DNA of 63,130 nucleotides, counting the filler, from Reclinomonas americana ATCC 50394 (Eukaryota): the NCBI GenBank assembly GCA_048213135.1. It is 5 parts of 3 records of this genome, joined end to end, with 100 filler letters (N's around TTAATTAATTAA, not from the genome) between each part and the next. Parts side by side here need not be neighbours in the genome. Positions count along the whole stretch, not along the records: positions 61,769 to 63,130 come from PS015269.1; 4 more parts are not named here. One strand, given 5' to 3'. Numbering within the stretch: position 1 is the stretch's first letter; every line of letters starts with the position of its first letter. Made by a program: the position numbers and the translations under genes. Below, piece after piece: positions 61,983 to 63,130 of this stretch. Under the pieces are notes generated by a model. That model did no database searches. It had not been told where the DNA came from and worked only from the letters and a program-made list of their open reading frames with translations.

Positions 61983-63130
61983 GTGAGGAGAAGGGTGGAG
62001 GGGGGAAGGGGGGAAAGGGGGAAGGGGGAAGGGGGAAGGGGGAAAGGGGGAAAGGGAGGGGGAAGGAAGGGATTGTTTATCGCACACGAATTAAATGCTT
62101 GTTAATCGCTGTTTTGATTGAGGGGGATTGAGGGGAAAGAGCACCAAGTCGAGTACAAGCTGACTCTCCTTATCGCTGCGGTGTTCTTTTGTTGGATTCC
62201 GCTCCTCGGTGAGTAAGCCGCTCTATGGTGATTATCGGAAGTCGAAGACGAGGCTCGAGGAGTTCACCAACAAACCAGCAGCTGTTATGATGCCCTTGTC
62301 CAACAAAATCTGAGATAATCCACACAAACGCCAGTCTTGAAGGTAGCGGAAGCTTTTCTTGTGTGCGGATTCGCTCTCGGAGCTTTGGACAACTCGAGAT
62401 CGAATTGCGAAGTGCGTAGGGGCAACACACACAAGAAACCTGCTGCTACATCAGACTGGTGTTGTTTTGATGTTTCGGATCCTGTTGAATTTGGTTGTAC
62501 TTGGTCATCTAGACAGCTGTTGCATTTTGTTGGTGAATGAATTGTTGTTGTTGCTGCAGCGGATTTGACGCACTTGCACAGATGCTTCCAACAGAGATAC
62601 TTACAGCTAGGTGCAAGACGAAGGGCCGTTGGAGGTCACATACCTCTTTGCAGTGGAACGTCGCACAGGAACAATTCTCGACGTTCCTCGGGGTAGTCGC
62701 GTTGTCCTCGGCGCGTTGTGTGCGAGAAATGATCAACGAGGAAGATGACGCTCGCCGCTCTCTTCTCGCACACGCCACCTCCACAGTGTCCACACCCACG
62801 CACCTTCAGGCACCAGCATCGCCTTCTTCCGACCACTATGGATCCATGACATTCTCTGCTCCTCGACAACAACAGCAAGCGGCAGCTGGTCCTGTTGATC
62901 AGAGCGCGCCTGAGAATGTGTGCTTGGTGCGAAATCCGTTGCATCGAATGTTGATGATTGTGGCGAGGCAAGTGGAGACAGATGATGATGCAGACGATGA
63001 GGAGGAAGAGGAGGGCCATGTGAGAGGGCAGGCTTTGTCGGGCTTGATTCTCGAGGGCGAGCTCCCGGTGCAGTCGGTGCCGCAGTGGACGGTTAAGTGG
63101 GGGACAGGGAGGGGAGGGGGCGCAGGGAAA

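Overview
Intron-rich eukaryotic (protist-like) genomic DNA with many N-gaps and four artificial N-TTAATTAATTAA-N joins (about 17102, 32706, 60014, 61713). The supplied ORF track is mostly noise, so genes were rebuilt by hand from GT-AG exons. Housekeeping-type genes: GBP-family GTPase with NLS and two HeH/LEM-like domains, CDP-alcohol phosphotransferase, Sfi1-like protein, FN3 surface protein, ependymin-like protein, FAXDC2-like hydroxylase, SDHA and FAH. The main discovery is a putative innate-immunity cluster at about 31.9-60 kb. It holds an NLR-like HEPN-STAND-TPR gene, an ankyrin-coiled coil-HEPN-kinase gene (RNase L-like domain set in a different order), and a tandem array of ankyrin-coiled coil-IRAK/Pelle kinases whose ankyrin binding-face residues are hypervariable. 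A second unusual signal is frequent use of a shifted 5' splice site, GTTG(C/A)G, seen 18 times and almost always after a non-G exon end. All domain calls come from motif recognition by eye, not from HMM searches.
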